This document shows positions 63,096-64,000 of a stretch of 64,000 bases of DNA, in pieces. This DNA is from Macrostomum hystrix (taxonomy: Eukaryota; Animalia; Platyhelminthes), in the NCBI GenBank assembly GCA_950097015.1, contig CATNEN010000025.1, positions 2,418,001-2,482,000 of the forward strand, given 5' to 3'. A model generated the notes under the pieces. That model searched no databases. It saw only the letters and a list, made by a program, of their open reading frames with translations, and was not told the origin of the DNA. The translations under genes and the position numbers were made by a program. Every line of letters begins with the position of its first letter. The first letter of the stretch is position 1.

Positions 63096-63713
63096 TCAGA
63101 TCGGTGGCAGAGTGCCACCTCGAGACCCTCGGTCGCCTAGTGGGCCCGAACGCATCCACTCGGGCTCCGGCACGTCTGCTGGCTCGTCACCGGCAACAGC
63201 GGCATCGGGCGCTGGAAAATGAGCCATCGACGATGACTCGCTCCGGTAGTTGTCGTAGTCATCGTCAGGATTGTCCGCGCCACGGTTAGCCGTCACCACC
63301 ACCGCCACCGGAGCCTCCACGGTTTCTTGGCCGTCAGCAATGTCGTAGGAGTTAAGATTGTCCAAGCCGTCGTTGAAACCGCCGACTACCAGTAGTCGGG
63401 CAGCGCCGCCGGAGTCGCTGCCGGAATCGGCGGCGATGGCGGCGGCAGCCGTTGGCAGAACCACGCCAGAGTCCCAGTCGCTGTCGCTGCTGCCGTTGCT
63501 TCCTCCACTCCTGTTGCCGCCGTGATCAACTAAACCGAAATTGGTAGCAGTTGTGCTGTTCGCCGATGCGGATACAGAGTTGGAGCGCTGATCCGGCACA
63601 GTGAAGACTGAGAAGTCCGTGAACTGACGACCGTCAGCTAAGTCGGCTGTTCTCTTTTGGACCTCATCTTGTTCGGCCATCCCGTTGGCCGCAGCGAAGC
63701 TGATGACGCCAAT
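63096..63713 (-). CDS. Terminal exon of an upstream gene, probably a tandem TMEM145 paralog (rest lies beyond the window)
   Basis: Acceptor ccctcgcctgcag|ATT, phase 0, starts with Ile like the TMEM145 last exon. Contains DGRQFTDFSVF versus NGQRFTDFSLF in the neighbour. 205 codons then a stop. Confidence 0.6.
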   Translation of the reverse strand: MGVISFAAANGMAEQDEVQKRTADLADGRQFTDFSVFTVPDQRSNSVSASANSTTATNFGLVDHGGNRSGGSNGSSDSDWDSGVVLPTAAAAIAADSGSDSGGAARLLVVGGFNDGLDNLNSYDIADGQETVEAPVAVVVTANRGADNPDDDYDNYRSESSSMAHFPAPDAAVAGDEPADVPEPEWMRSGPLGDRGSRGGTLPPI

Positions 63714-63829
63714 CTGCAGGCGAGGGACCGGGGATGGATGGGTGATTGTAGCTACTGGTTGTAGCATTTCAGTGTAATCTGCAGGCGTTTTTTCCGAGCT
63801 GGGACTTCGAAATATTTGTGCTTTTTAGA

Positions 63830-64000
63830 TGGGATGTGAAGGCGTGTGGACTTTGGATGGGATCTGAAGACGTGTTGATTCTGGATGGGATCTGAAGGCG
63901 TGTTGACTCTGTACTGTATGGATCTGAAAGTGTGTGGACTTTGGATGGGATCTAAAGGCTTGTGGACTTTAGATGGGATCTGAAGGCTTGTGGACTTTAG
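63830..64000. repeat. Tandem repeat of about 29-30 bp (GATGGGATCTGAAGGCGTGTGGACTTTG), runs off the right edge
   Basis: Directly visible. Confidence 0.85.

Overview
Eukaryotic (metazoan) genomic DNA with GT-AG introns, GC-rich exons and introns packed with unrelated minisatellites. This architecture resembles a flatworm such as Macrostomum, which is an inference and not a database result. I reconstructed by hand: a 19-exon GABA-B receptor subunit 2-like class C GPCR (minus, 3609-32879, about 899 aa); a head-to-head RASL10-type small GTPase whose reading frame has no initiator ATG; an orphan single-exon 286-aa ORF; a two-exon COX4; a four-exon RING/B-box/coiled-coil/NHL (TRIM-NHL-like) gene; a nine-exon TMEM145; and the last exon of what appears to be a second, tandem TMEM145 paralog. 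Non-coding content includes about 20 tandem arrays (some with higher-order repeats), a tRNA-derived SINE family, two copies of a roughly 500-bp TTAA-flanked MITE and a long intronic foldback hairpin. No CRISPR array, rRNA or intact tRNA gene was found. All exon coordinates come from manual reading and need RNA confirmation.
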